Source of the DNA: Treponemataceae bacterium
GTDB taxonomy: Bacteria > Spirochaetota > Spirochaetia > Treponematales > Rectinemataceae
Length of the DNA: 64,000 nucleotides
NCBI GenBank assembly: GCA_963667725.2
Contig: CAXXHO010000003.1
Location: 1,984,001-2,048,000, forward strand
Reading direction: 5' to 3'
A program made the position numbers and the translations under genes. A model generated the notes under the pieces. The model saw nothing but the letters and a program-made list of their open reading frames with translations. It ran no database searches and was not told the origin of the DNA. Below are positions 47,331 to 56,532 of the stretch, in pieces. Positions within the stretch are counted from its first letter, which is position 1. The number at the start of each line of letters is the position of its first letter.

Positions 47331-48073
47331 CAGCGCGCCTCTCTTGTTTTGATATCGATCATCGGGGAATCATTGGATATCGCTAGAGTGTCGGATATGG
47401 CCGGGGCGTCGGGGCAGCGCCCGAGAAAATCGGAAAAATGCGGAGGAAGGGAGGAGAGCAGCGGCGGGTATCCCGGAATCTCCAATCTGCATGCCCAAAG
47501 GAGAAGATGCTTTACGCCCATTGTCTTTTTCAGTTGCCTGTTCAGGGAGAAATTGCCATACTTGTCGTCGCCGAGGATGGGATGCCCGTGCATGGCTGTA
47601 TGCCGCCTGATCTGATGAGTGCGCCCGCTGCCCAATTCCAGTTCAAGCAGGGAATAGGCGGGCGCCGCGTTTGCCTCGGTACCGGGCGCCGCGGCAGCCT
47701 GCGTCACGCCGAATCGAGCGAGGCAGGCATAGCGGGTCAGTGCGCTCAGGTTTTTCCCTCCGATGGAGAGGTCGTCGGCATAGCTTCCCCTGTCGCGGGA
47801 GGGAGATCCAAAACAGATGGCGCGATAGAATTTGCCGATGCTTCGTTCGCCGAGAAGAATCGACCAGCGCGCGGCCGCGGAAGCGTTCTTGGCCAGCATC
47901 ATGCAGCCGGCGGTTTCCTTATCCAGGCGGTGGAGGGGAAAAGGGCTGAAACCCAGCTTGCTTTCCACGACTGAAATCACCGAACTTCCGACGCGTTCGC
48001 CCGGCTGAGCCGGCAGTCCGGCGGGTTTGTCGACAATGAGGATTTCGTCATTCTCGAAAAGGATTGGGATCAT
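47330..48073 (-). CDS. RluA family RNA pseudouridine synthase (second)
   Basis: DKPAGL, HRLDKETAG, GRTHQIR, PILGDDKYG motifs; start MIPILFE. Confidence 0.93.
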   Translation of the reverse strand: MIPILFENDEILIVDKPAGLPAQPGERVGSSVISVVESKLGFSPFPLHRLDKETAGCMMLAKNASAAARWSILLGERSIGKFYRAICFGSPSRDRGSYADDLSIGGKNLSALTRYACLARFGVTQAAAAPGTEANAAPAYSLLELELGSGRTHQIRRHTAMHGHPILGDDKYGNFSLNRQLKKTMGVKHLLLWACRLEIPGYPPLLSSLPPHFSDFLGRCPDAPAISDTLAISNDSPMIDIKTREAR

Positions 48074-48275
48074 CAACGACAAGCGTACCGGAGATGCCGG
48101 GCAATTTGCAAGCGTATAACCTATAATCGATCGGGTATTCGGCGTCGCTGGGGACAAGAAGGAAAAGCGGGGCCTGCTGATAGTATCCATAGAACAGTAT
48201 TTTGCTTATATTACTGTATAGTACTGTATTGCGCATTTAATCCGGTTTCATTACATTTTAAAACAAGAGGCTTAG

Positions 48276-50414
48276 ATGAAAACACGTCGTTTTATCTTGT
48301 TGTTCGTGCTGCTGTTCGCCGCCGGGGCTTTGGCCTGGGCGGGAGAGGCGAAAGAGGCTGACCTGACATCGCAGATGACCATCCTCGTGCTTCAGCTCGC
48401 CATTCTGATATTCGCGGTGAGGGGAGGCGGGGCCCTCGCCCAGCTGCTCAAGCTCCCCTCGGTTATAGGGGAACTCCTGGCCGGCGTCCTCATAGGACCC
48501 TACGCCCTCGGAGCCCTTCCCCTGCCGGGCTTCATCGATGGGCTCTTCCCGCTTACGTCGGGATTCGCCATCAGTCCCGTGCTCTATGCCTTTTCCACGG
48601 TAGCGTCAATTATCCTGCTCTTCTCGTCAGGCCTCGAGACGGACATGGACATGCTCATTCATTACTCTCTCGCCGGCAGCGTCGTCGGCCTGGGCGGCGT
48701 CATCGCCTCCTTCGGACTAGGCGCCGGCGTTGGAGCCCTTCTCCTTCACCAATCCTTTTTCTCGCCGGCGGCCATGTTCCTCGGCATAATGAGCACAGCC
48801 ACCTCGGTGGGCATCACCGCGAGGATACTCTCCGACAGGAAAAAGATGGATTCGCCCGAGGGCGTGACGATTCTCGCGGCTGCTGTCTTCGACGACGTAC
48901 TCGGCATCGTATGCCTGGCCGTCGTGATGGGCATCGTCGCGGCCATGACGGGCCACGCGGAGGAAGGACTGTCCACGATGAGCATCGTGGGCATAGCTCT
49001 CAAGGCCTTCGGGATCTGGCTGGGATTCACGGCGCTCGGCCTTGTGTTCGGGAAAAAGATTTCCGCATTCCTTAAAAAACTGGGAGGCGAGGCCACGTAT
49101 TCGGTCCTCGCCTTGGGTATTGCCCTTCTGCTCGCCGGCTTCTTCGAAATGCAGGGTCTCGCGATGATCATCGGCGCCTACATCGTCGGCATCAGCCTAT
49201 CGAAGACTGACATCGCCTATCTCATACAGGACAAGACGAAGCCGCTCTACGATTTCTTCGTCCCCATATTCTTCGCCATCATGGGCATGCTTGTCGATGT
49301 CAGGCAGATCCTCAACCCCACCGTCCTTATATTCGGACTAGCCTACACGGTGGCCGCCGTTCTCGCGAAGGTCCTCGGCTGCGGCCTTCCCGCCCTCTTC
49401 CTCGGCTTCAACATGAGGGGCTCGCTGCGCATTGGCATCGGCATGGTGCCCCGCGGCGAAGTGGCGCTCATCGTCGCCGGTATAGGCCTTTCGGGCGGCA
49501 TCCTCGATCCCTCGATTTTCGGGGTGGCCATCCTCATGATCATGGTCACGAGCATAGCGGCGCCGCCTCTGTTCAGCGCGAGCATCTCCAGCGGAGGAGC
49601 CGGAACGCGCAAGCCAGCCAAGGGCGCGAAAACCGAATCCATCAGCATCCAGCTTCCCGGCAATGAAATCACCGAGTTGGTATCCTCTACCTTTCTCAGG
49701 GACCTGCAGCGAGAGGGCTTCTTTGTCCAGCTCATGAGCATCAGGGACGAAATCAGCCACATCCGCAAGGGCGATGTCGCCATATCCCTCGTGACGAACA
49801 GGAACGAAATAACCCTCGAAACGGCGCCCGAGGACATGTCCTTCGCCAAGGCGGCCCTCTACGAAACCCTCGTGAAGCTGGACGCTAATTTCGACAAGCT
49901 CAAGGAAATCTACGACCCGGAAAAATTCCGCACCGACATCCATGTCGAATCCGGGCGCAAGGACACGACGTTCAGACGCCTTCTCAACCCCCGCTGCGTG
50001 ACATCGTCGCTCAAGGGGACTACCAAACAGGAAGTGATCGAGGAATTGATAGGAATGCTGGATAAAGCGGGCTATATCAAGGACAGGAACATGATCCTTA
50101 AGGATATCATGGAGCGCGAAGCCAGGATGAGCACCGGCATGGAACATGGCATAGCCCTACCCCATGCGAGGACCTATGGCATCACGACGCAGACCTTGGC
50201 CATCGGAATCCACAAGGAAGGCATCGATTTCGGCACTATAGACGGCACGCCGGGCAGAATCATCGCCCTGATCGCCAGCCCCGCCGACGACGAGGCGCCG
50301 CACATGCAGATTCTGGCCAGCCTGGGCGCTGTATTGGGCGACGACGACACGAGGCGTCGCCTCATCGCCACCGAAACCGACCAGGAAGTCTTCGAGATAC
50401 TGACCGCCGGCTGA
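48276..50414 (+). CDS. CPA2 cation:proton antiporter fused to a PTS EIIA domain
   Basis: PSVIGELLAGVLIGP, ATSVGIT, AAVFDDVLG, GMVPRGEVA; C-terminal RE..MSTG....IALPHAR (EIIA Fru/Ntr type). Confidence 0.92.
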   Translation: MKTRRFILLFVLLFAAGALAWAGEAKEADLTSQMTILVLQLAILIFAVRGGGALAQLLKLPSVIGELLAGVLIGPYALGALPLPGFIDGLFPLTSGFAISPVLYAFSTVASIILLFSSGLETDMDMLIHYSLAGSVVGLGGVIASFGLGAGVGALLLHQSFFSPAAMFLGIMSTATSVGITARILSDRKKMDSPEGVTILAAAVFDDVLGIVCLAVVMGIVAAMTGHAEEGLSTMSIVGIALKAFGIWLGFTALGLVFGKKISAFLKKLGGEATYSVLALGIALLLAGFFEMQGLAMIIGAYIVGISLSKTDIAYLIQDKTKPLYDFFVPIFFAIMGMLVDVRQILNPTVLIFGLAYTVAAVLAKVLGCGLPALFLGFNMRGSLRIGIGMVPRGEVALIVAGIGLSGGILDPSIFGVAILMIMVTSIAAPPLFSASISSGGAGTRKPAKGAKTESISIQLPGNEITELVSSTFLRDLQREGFFVQLMSIRDEISHIRKGDVAISLVTNRNEITLETAPEDMSFAKAALYETLVKLDANFDKLKEIYDPEKFRTDIHVESGRKDTTFRRLLNPRCVTSSLKGTTKQEVIEELIGMLDKAGYIKDRNMILKDIMEREARMSTGMEHGIALPHARTYGITTQTLAIGIHKEGIDFGTIDGTPGRIIALIASPADDEAPHMQILASLGAVLGDDDTRRRLIATETDQEVFEILTAG

Positions 50415-50418
50415 AATT

Positions 50419-51282
50419 CTATTTCGAAGTCGCCAGATAGACCCCCGCTATCGCCGCTGCCCCTCCCGCCAGCTGGAGGGGGGCGAGCCGTTCGCCCAGG
50501 ATCAAGAATGAGGCAATGACGGAAACGACGGGGACGAGGTTGACGAAAACGCTCGAGCGGCTCGTCCCCAGCTCGTCCAGGACGATGACATAAAGCCAAT
50601 AGCCGATCGCCGAGGCGAGGACGCCGAGAAAGAGCACATTCATCACCACGGGGAATGAAAGCCGCAGATCGCTCGGTCCTTCCGCGAAGACAAAGGGAAC
50701 GCAGCCCACCATCCCGAAAAATATCTGCCAGAAGGTGATCGAAAGAAGCGAGTATTTTCCGGCTATCGGCTTGGTGATGAAGGTGTAGGCTACCCAGGAC
50801 ACGGCGGCCCCGATCATGAAAAAGTATCCATCGGGCGAAGATCGCGCCGCTTCGGAACGGATCACGATCAGGGCGACGCCCACGAAAGACAGCACTATAC
50901 CGGCCGACACGGCAAAAGTGATCTTCCTGCGGAAAAACACCATGTCGACAAGCAGGGTAAGGATGGGAATCGTGCCCACGATGATGGATGATTCGGAGGC
51001 CGAGAGCCTCATGATCCCGTTGTTTTCGAAAAAGAAATAGAGCGAGATGCCCACGAAGCCGCTGGCGGCGATCAGCGGAATATCCTTCCAGCGTATGGTG
51101 AGCGTCGTTTTCGTCATCCAGGCTATCGGCGGCAGCAGGAGCGTGGCGATGACGAAGCGCAGGAGGGCCAGGGTCATCGGCCTAACCTCGTCGACGATCA
51201 CTTTCGTCGACAGAAAAGTCAAACCCCAGATGACGGCCACGGCGACGCCGGCTAGAGGGGCAAGAGAGCTTTTTTTCTTCAT
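50419..51282 (-). CDS. DMT/EamA family transporter
   Basis: IWGLTF, LALLRF, NLVPVVSV...ILGE; 10 TM pattern. Confidence 0.92.
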   Translation of the reverse strand: MKKKSSLAPLAGVAVAVIWGLTFLSTKVIVDEVRPMTLALLRFVIATLLLPPIAWMTKTTLTIRWKDIPLIAASGFVGISLYFFFENNGIMRLSASESSIIVGTIPILTLLVDMVFFRRKITFAVSAGIVLSFVGVALIVIRSEAARSSPDGYFFMIGAAVSWVAYTFITKPIAGKYSLLSITFWQIFFGMVGCVPFVFAEGPSDLRLSFPVVMNVLFLGVLASAIGYWLYVIVLDELGTSRSSVFVNLVPVVSVIASFLILGERLAPLQLAGGAAAIAGVYLATSK

Positions 51283-51362
51283 TGCGCTACTGTATACCCT
51301 TGAGAACAGGGTCTGTCCATACCTCAATCAAACGATCCATCCTGTCCGCGTCGACGCTTTCA

Positions 51363-51371
51363 TGCTATAAT
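51363..51371 (+). promoter_or_regulatory. Extended -10 promoter of hutH, leaderless architecture
   Basis: TGcTATAAT 6 nt before ATG 51378; no SD. Confidence 0.65.
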
Positions 51372-51377
51372 TTTCGT

Positions 51378-52976
51378 ATGGATGAAGTACGACTGGACGG
51401 CTGTTCCCTCACCCTCGATCAACTCGTGGCGATCTCCCGCGGCGGCGCGAACGTGCGCCTCGACGAAGACGCGATAGTCCGGATGCAGGCATCGCGGGCT
51501 GTCGTGGAGCGCTGCGTCGAAGAACAGCTCGTGCGCTACGGCATCACCACCGGATTCGGTAAATTCTGCAATGTGGTCATATCCAAAGAAGACAATACGA
51601 TTCTCCAGAAAAACCTGATCATGAGCCATGCCTGCGGCCAGGGACAGCCCCTGCCCAAAGAGGCCGTGAGGGCGATGATGACGCTCAGGGCCAATGCCCT
51701 GGCCGTCGGCAATTCAGGCATAAGGCCCAAGGTGGTACAGCACCTCATCGACATGATCAATGCCGACATCGTTCCCGTGGTGCCTGAAAAGGGCTCGCTC
51801 GGCGCTTCGGGCGACCTTGCGCCCCTCGCCCACATGGCCCTCGTCATCATCGGCATGGGCGAGGCCTTCTACAAAGGCGAACGCATGCCCGGCCTCAAGG
51901 CGCTGGCCCTCGGCGGCCTCCACCCTGTAAGTCTCGAAGCCAAGGAAGGCTTGGCGCTGATAAACGGCACCCAGGCCATGACGGCCGTGGGCGCGCTCGC
52001 CGTCTACGACGCCGTCAATCTATATAAAACCGCTTCCATCGCGTCGGCGCTCAGTTTCCAGGCCCTTAGGGGCATCATCGACGCCTTCGACCCACGCATC
52101 CATGAACTGAGACGCCAGATCGGGCAGAAAACCTGCGCCGCTGACATGAGGCGCCTCGTCGAAGCATCGGCCCTGACCACGAGGCAGGGCGAACAGCGCG
52201 TCCAGGATGCCTATGTCCTGCGCTGCATACCGCAGGTCCACGGCGCCAGCCTCGACGCCATCGGCTACGTGCGAAACATTATCGAGAACGAACTCAACGC
52301 TGTCACCGACAACCCGCTCATTTTCCCCAACGTGGACAAGGGTCCCGAAAAATCGGCCCCGGGCGCGGGAAAGGGTCAGGGCGCGGAGGCGGGTGATCCC
52401 GGCAACATCATCTCCGGCGGCAACTTCCACGGCCAGCCCATCGCCCTCGCCATGGATTTCCTCGCCATCGCCTGCGCCGAACTGGCCAACATCGGCGAGC
52501 GGCGGATCGAGCGTCTCGTCAATCCGGCGCTCTCCGAGGGCTTGCCCGCCTTTCTCACGACATCGGGCGGCATCAATTCCGGTTTCATGATAGTCCAGTA
52601 CGCAGCGGCCGCCCTCGTATCGGAAAACAAGGTCCTCGCCCACCCCGCCAGCGTCGACTCCATTCCCTCCAGCGCCAACCAGGAAGACCATGTCTCGATG
52701 GGGACGATAGCCGCTCGCAAGGCTGACGCCATTGTGGAGAACGCCCAGCGCGTGATAGCCATGGAACTGGCGGCGGCCTGTCAGGCCCTCGACCTGCGCG
52801 CCATCCAGATGGGCATCCCGACGATAGAGCCCCGGCTCTCTCCCAAGACTGCCGGCGCCTACGCCGTGATCCGCTCCGTGGTCTCGCGCCTCGACGGCGA
52901 CAGAGTGATGTACCCCGACCTCGACGCGATCTATACCCTTGTCGCCGACGGCATCATCGCCGAGTGCTTCGATTAG
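51378..52976 (+). CDS. hutH: Histidine ammonia-lyase
   Basis: YGITTGFG, GSLGASGDLAPLAH (MIO-forming ASG), KEGLALINGTQ, QDAY, DNPLIF, SGGNFHGQP, NQEDHVSMG motifs. Confidence 0.97.
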   Translation: MDEVRLDGCSLTLDQLVAISRGGANVRLDEDAIVRMQASRAVVERCVEEQLVRYGITTGFGKFCNVVISKEDNTILQKNLIMSHACGQGQPLPKEAVRAMMTLRANALAVGNSGIRPKVVQHLIDMINADIVPVVPEKGSLGASGDLAPLAHMALVIIGMGEAFYKGERMPGLKALALGGLHPVSLEAKEGLALINGTQAMTAVGALAVYDAVNLYKTASIASALSFQALRGIIDAFDPRIHELRRQIGQKTCAADMRRLVEASALTTRQGEQRVQDAYVLRCIPQVHGASLDAIGYVRNIIENELNAVTDNPLIFPNVDKGPEKSAPGAGKGQGAEAGDPGNIISGGNFHGQPIALAMDFLAIACAELANIGERRIERLVNPALSEGLPAFLTTSGGINSGFMIVQYAAAALVSENKVLAHPASVDSIPSSANQEDHVSMGTIAARKADAIVENAQRVIAMELAAACQALDLRAIQMGIPTIEPRLSPKTAGAYAVIRSVVSRLDGDRVMYPDLDAIYTLVADGIIAECFD

Positions 52977-53072
52977 CCTTCCCTTTCCCATCAATTTTGA
53001 AAAGCCTCACCAGTAGCACTAAATTTTGATATACGTTATTCTTTTTGCACTCTTGCCTTCGGGAGGATCAAA

Positions 53073-56000
53073 GTGGCAGTGAAACGGGATTTCGGACTAC
53101 GCCTCAACAGGCTTTCGCCGCAGGAACGGGGAAAACTTATTTCCTATATAAATATCAAGCTTTCCAGCCTCGGGCTTCCGGTCTATTCCAAGGAAGGCAC
53201 GGGTTTCGTGGAACTGGCCTCTGACATGCTTGAAAGCTTCAGGCAGAAGGATAAGCTGCTGGCCGGCTACCTTTCCCCCGTGGACAGGAGGATTCAGGAC
53301 TTTCTGGATTCCTACCTGGGAGATCTGGGAATGGCCAGGATTCCGACCCTGCCTTCCATGACCCTCGTCCTGGACCGCTACGGCATGTCGAGGGAGATAT
53401 CCCTCCCCCCCGGCGGGCACAAGCATGTATCGCCCACGTTGACCTCCTATCGCGTGCGCAACGGCGTGCTCCACAACCCAACCAACGATAAACGCACCAC
53501 TGAAGGCGTCTTCCATATCGCGGAAGGCGGTCTGCCCATTCCGCCCGACAAGAAGGCCGTTCCCAAGATAGTCTTCGCCCGCCTCCTCGAAGCGGCCTTC
53601 AACCCGCCGGCCGAAATGTTGGAACTTCCCTTTACCGCCGATGAAAGCGAAAAGGCCAGGACGATGATTTCTCTGCTGATGCGCCCCGTTGTCCGGCCCG
53701 AAGTCCATGGCTACTGCGAAGAACGCTCGATGGAAGTGCGTTTTTTCGCGCCCGGCTCCCTGGCCGCCAGCCTCGATTTCGTCGAGAGCATTTTCGGCAA
53801 TTCAGGCGACCCACTGATCCCCGACAACGACGCCGCCCTCGACCCCATGCGCTGGAGCGGAACCACGGGCTGCGTCATCCTCGCCACCCACCTCACTACC
53901 CTCCTGAAGAAGGATCTCGGATTACCCCATTACGACAAAGCCACCGAACGCCAGAAGCGCGACGGCATGTGCTGGAACGAACCGACGGAACGATACAACG
54001 ACGGCAAACCCTTCAAGATCTGCGCCCGCGACGCCAGGGGCGTGATCGTATCCATAATCGCCGACAATTACTTCGGCTATTCCAAAAAGGAAATCAAGGC
54101 GCATATCTCCTACTCGGCCAACCTCCTGGGCCTCGCCGAAGAGGAACACGCCGGCGGAGCCCTGGTTTTCCCCTCCTATAATCATGGTACCCGCTTCGTC
54201 CCCGACACCAACCTCAACTCCCGCGGCCACAACATCCAGAACGTATTCGATCTCATGAGGGGGAGGATAGAGGAAAAGCCCGAAGGCTATGCCGTCGACC
54301 TCACCTATCCCAATATCGTCTATGTTCCCGAGAACGCCTACATATCCCTTGAGGACCAGAAGGCCCACTGGACCTGGGAAGGCAAGGAACAATCCCTGCG
54401 AATCCTTCCCGGCGAAGTGTACGTCCACCCGACAGGCTATCGAGTCCACATGGAACGCCATCCCGGTTCGGGCGCCTGGAGGCTTATCGGCACGACGGCG
54501 GAAGGCCTGCTCTGCCACAAACCCTGCACGGTGTCGGGAGGGGGAAAATCGGAGATCGCCAAGTCGATAACCGACGCCATAACCTATTCGCCCATCACCA
54601 TCGCCGATTTCCACGAAGACATGAAAGCGGTGAAGGCCATCATCGAAAAGGATTACGGCAACAGGTTCAAGGACGAAAACGAAAATCACGGCAAGGATTC
54701 CCGGCAGATTTTCTCGCCGCAACGCTCCCTTGGCTCGGTGATAAAGCTGCTCTCGCCCTCGCCTCTCTACAAGGACGAATACAACGCCTGGCTGAAATCC
54801 CTTCCCGAACGGATCAAGAGCCTCGTTTTCCTCGTCAAGCGATTCTATACCCCCGATTGGGGCGACGACTGGATGTCGCATTTTTCCGTCGACGTCGTCA
54901 ACGGCACCACCGGCAACATCCTGAAATTCGAGGACAGGCCGGTGCTCGGCTCATACCTGCGCGTCGGAAGGGACCCCCATGGCCTGCGCAGGACGTTCAA
55001 GCTGCGCCAGGATTACATGCCTGCCGAAAAGAGACAGTGGGAGGACGATATCACCGCTTCCGTGGTCGTGCCCACCAAGGCGCTGAAAAATCTTCCCGCC
55101 TGGGCGGAACGCTATTCCAGCCTGAAGTTCTGCCGGAACGCGGAAGCCCGTTTCTTCCAAAGACCGGACGATGCCGTCATCCGCGGCTACGACAAGCAGG
55201 CCGAGAAGGATATGTCGCGCCAGGACAATTTCATAAGCAATTTCGAGCCGCTGACCAGGGCTCACGCCGCGCGGTTCATCGAAAAGACGGTCCAGTTCTC
55301 CGAATACACCGACGCGATGCGCTTCTTCATCGAAGCGGCGGAGGCTGATCCGCATTTCGAATACTTCGTGGCTTCGGACAACCCAAGGCTTGTAAACGGC
55401 TCTCCTTCCAAGAATCCGCGCTATCTCCAGCTGGATCCGAACTATACGAATCCCCAGGCCCGCTATCTAGCCGATCTGGGACCGAGGCTCTACCGCAGAG
55501 TGGAAGCCGACAAGCCCCTCCTTCATCCGGTGGGCGCCGTGCTTCCTGGCCGCAGGAACAATCCCGCCGATCCCAAGGCCGGCATCAGGCCGCTCGCCGT
55601 CTATGGCCCCATCCATTACCAGGACTTGCCCGAGCTTTTCATGGATTTCGTCTGCTCGCTCACGGGAAAAAGCCCCTCCACGACGGGAGCGGGAAGCGAG
55701 GGAGCGCTCACGAAAGGCCCCTTCAATCCCCTCGTGCCCACGACCGACCTCAACAACGCCCTGCTGGCCTTCATCCTGACGGGATACGCGGGCTTCACGA
55801 CGGCCGCCGGCTACATAGGCCGACAGTACAGGGTGGATCACGACATTTCCCTCCTCATACCCGAGCTTTGGGCGCGCCTTTCCCCCGAAGAGCGTGATCC
55901 CGACTTCCTCAAGGAACATGGCTATCTCGAAAGAGTGGAGGACTTCGGCTACGAAGACAGAATGGTACCAGCGTCGCGCCTGGGGTGGAGAATCACCCCG

Positions 56001-56528
56001 CTTTTCGCGGCCACTTACCTGGGAAGGCTCTTCGATACGCCGGCTTCGGTTTTCCCCGAGGAAATGCTGCGCCCCGAACTGCAGTCCCTTCCCGAATTCG
56101 TGGATGGCATCGAGAATATCGCCGAGGCGATGGAAAAATCCGCCAAAGCCTATCTGGAAGACGGATCCATAGAAGCCGCCATCCCGCCTCTCAAGGCGGT
56201 GCTTTCGGTGATGGCGACAGGCTCCATCGATGGCAAGAGCATTCACGATCCCGAGGTGCGGCGTCTTTTCGACAGGGACTATGTCCTTGCCTCTGACTGG
56301 TATAAAAAGAGGCTCGTCGACTACAGGGGGCAGGAAGTCGCCTATATCGAAAAATCCATCGTCTATATTCGCAACTACCTCGCGGAAAAGGCCGAGCCGA
56401 AGAGCCTCTCCGCCCGGCGCGCCCAAGTGGAACTGACAAAGGCCAAAGAGCGCCTGGAGCAGCTTATGACGAAGGATTATCTGGAATTCGTAAGCGGATC
56501 CATCGGCAAGGACGGGCTGTTCGTCTGA
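53073..56528 (+). CDS. Probable PPi-dependent phosphoenolpyruvate carboxykinase (PEP carboxytransphosphorylase)
   Basis: 1151 aa. Motifs NGVLHNP..DKRTTEGVFH, IIADNYFGYSKKEIK, CHKPCTVSGGGKSEI, GKSPSTTGAGSEGALTKGPFN match, as I recall them, the Entamoeba/Propionibacterium PPi-PEPCK family. Confidence 0.82.
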   Translation: MAVKRDFGLRLNRLSPQERGKLISYINIKLSSLGLPVYSKEGTGFVELASDMLESFRQKDKLLAGYLSPVDRRIQDFLDSYLGDLGMARIPTLPSMTLVLDRYGMSREISLPPGGHKHVSPTLTSYRVRNGVLHNPTNDKRTTEGVFHIAEGGLPIPPDKKAVPKIVFARLLEAAFNPPAEMLELPFTADESEKARTMISLLMRPVVRPEVHGYCEERSMEVRFFAPGSLAASLDFVESIFGNSGDPLIPDNDAALDPMRWSGTTGCVILATHLTTLLKKDLGLPHYDKATERQKRDGMCWNEPTERYNDGKPFKICARDARGVIVSIIADNYFGYSKKEIKAHISYSANLLGLAEEEHAGGALVFPSYNHGTRFVPDTNLNSRGHNIQNVFDLMRGRIEEKPEGYAVDLTYPNIVYVPENAYISLEDQKAHWTWEGKEQSLRILPGEVYVHPTGYRVHMERHPGSGAWRLIGTTAEGLLCHKPCTVSGGGKSEIAKSITDAITYSPITIADFHEDMKAVKAIIEKDYGNRFKDENENHGKDSRQIFSPQRSLGSVIKLLSPSPLYKDEYNAWLKSLPERIKSLVFLVKRFYTPDWGDDWMSHFSVDVVNGTTGNILKFEDRPVLGSYLRVGRDPHGLRRTFKLRQDYMPAEKRQWEDDITASVVVPTKALKNLPAWAERYSSLKFCRNAEARFFQRPDDAVIRGYDKQAEKDMSRQDNFISNFEPLTRAHAARFIEKTVQFSEYTDAMRFFIEAAEADPHFEYFVASDNPRLVNGSPSKNPRYLQLDPNYTNPQARYLADLGPRLYRRVEADKPLLHPVGAVLPGRRNNPADPKAGIRPLAVYGPIHYQDLPELFMDFVCSLTGKSPSTTGAGSEGALTKGPFNPLVPTTDLNNALLAFILTGYAGFTTAAGYIGRQYRVDHDISLLIPELWARLSPEERDPDFLKEHGYLERVEDFGYEDRMVPASRLGWRITPLFAATYLGRLFDTPASVFPEEMLRPELQSLPEFVDGIENIAEAMEKSAKAYLEDGSIEAAIPPLKAVLSVMATGSIDGKSIHDPEVRRLFDRDYVLASDWYKKRLVDYRGQEVAYIEKSIVYIRNYLAEKAEPKSLSARRAQVELTKAKERLEQLMTKDYLEFVSGSIGKDGLFV

Positions 56529-56532
56529 GGCG

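Noticed and set aside
48192..48230. LexA/SOS-like box (TACTGTATAGTACTGTAT) upstream of the antiporter
   Set aside because: It is a direct repeat lacking the CTGT-N8-ACAG dyad; not enough support.
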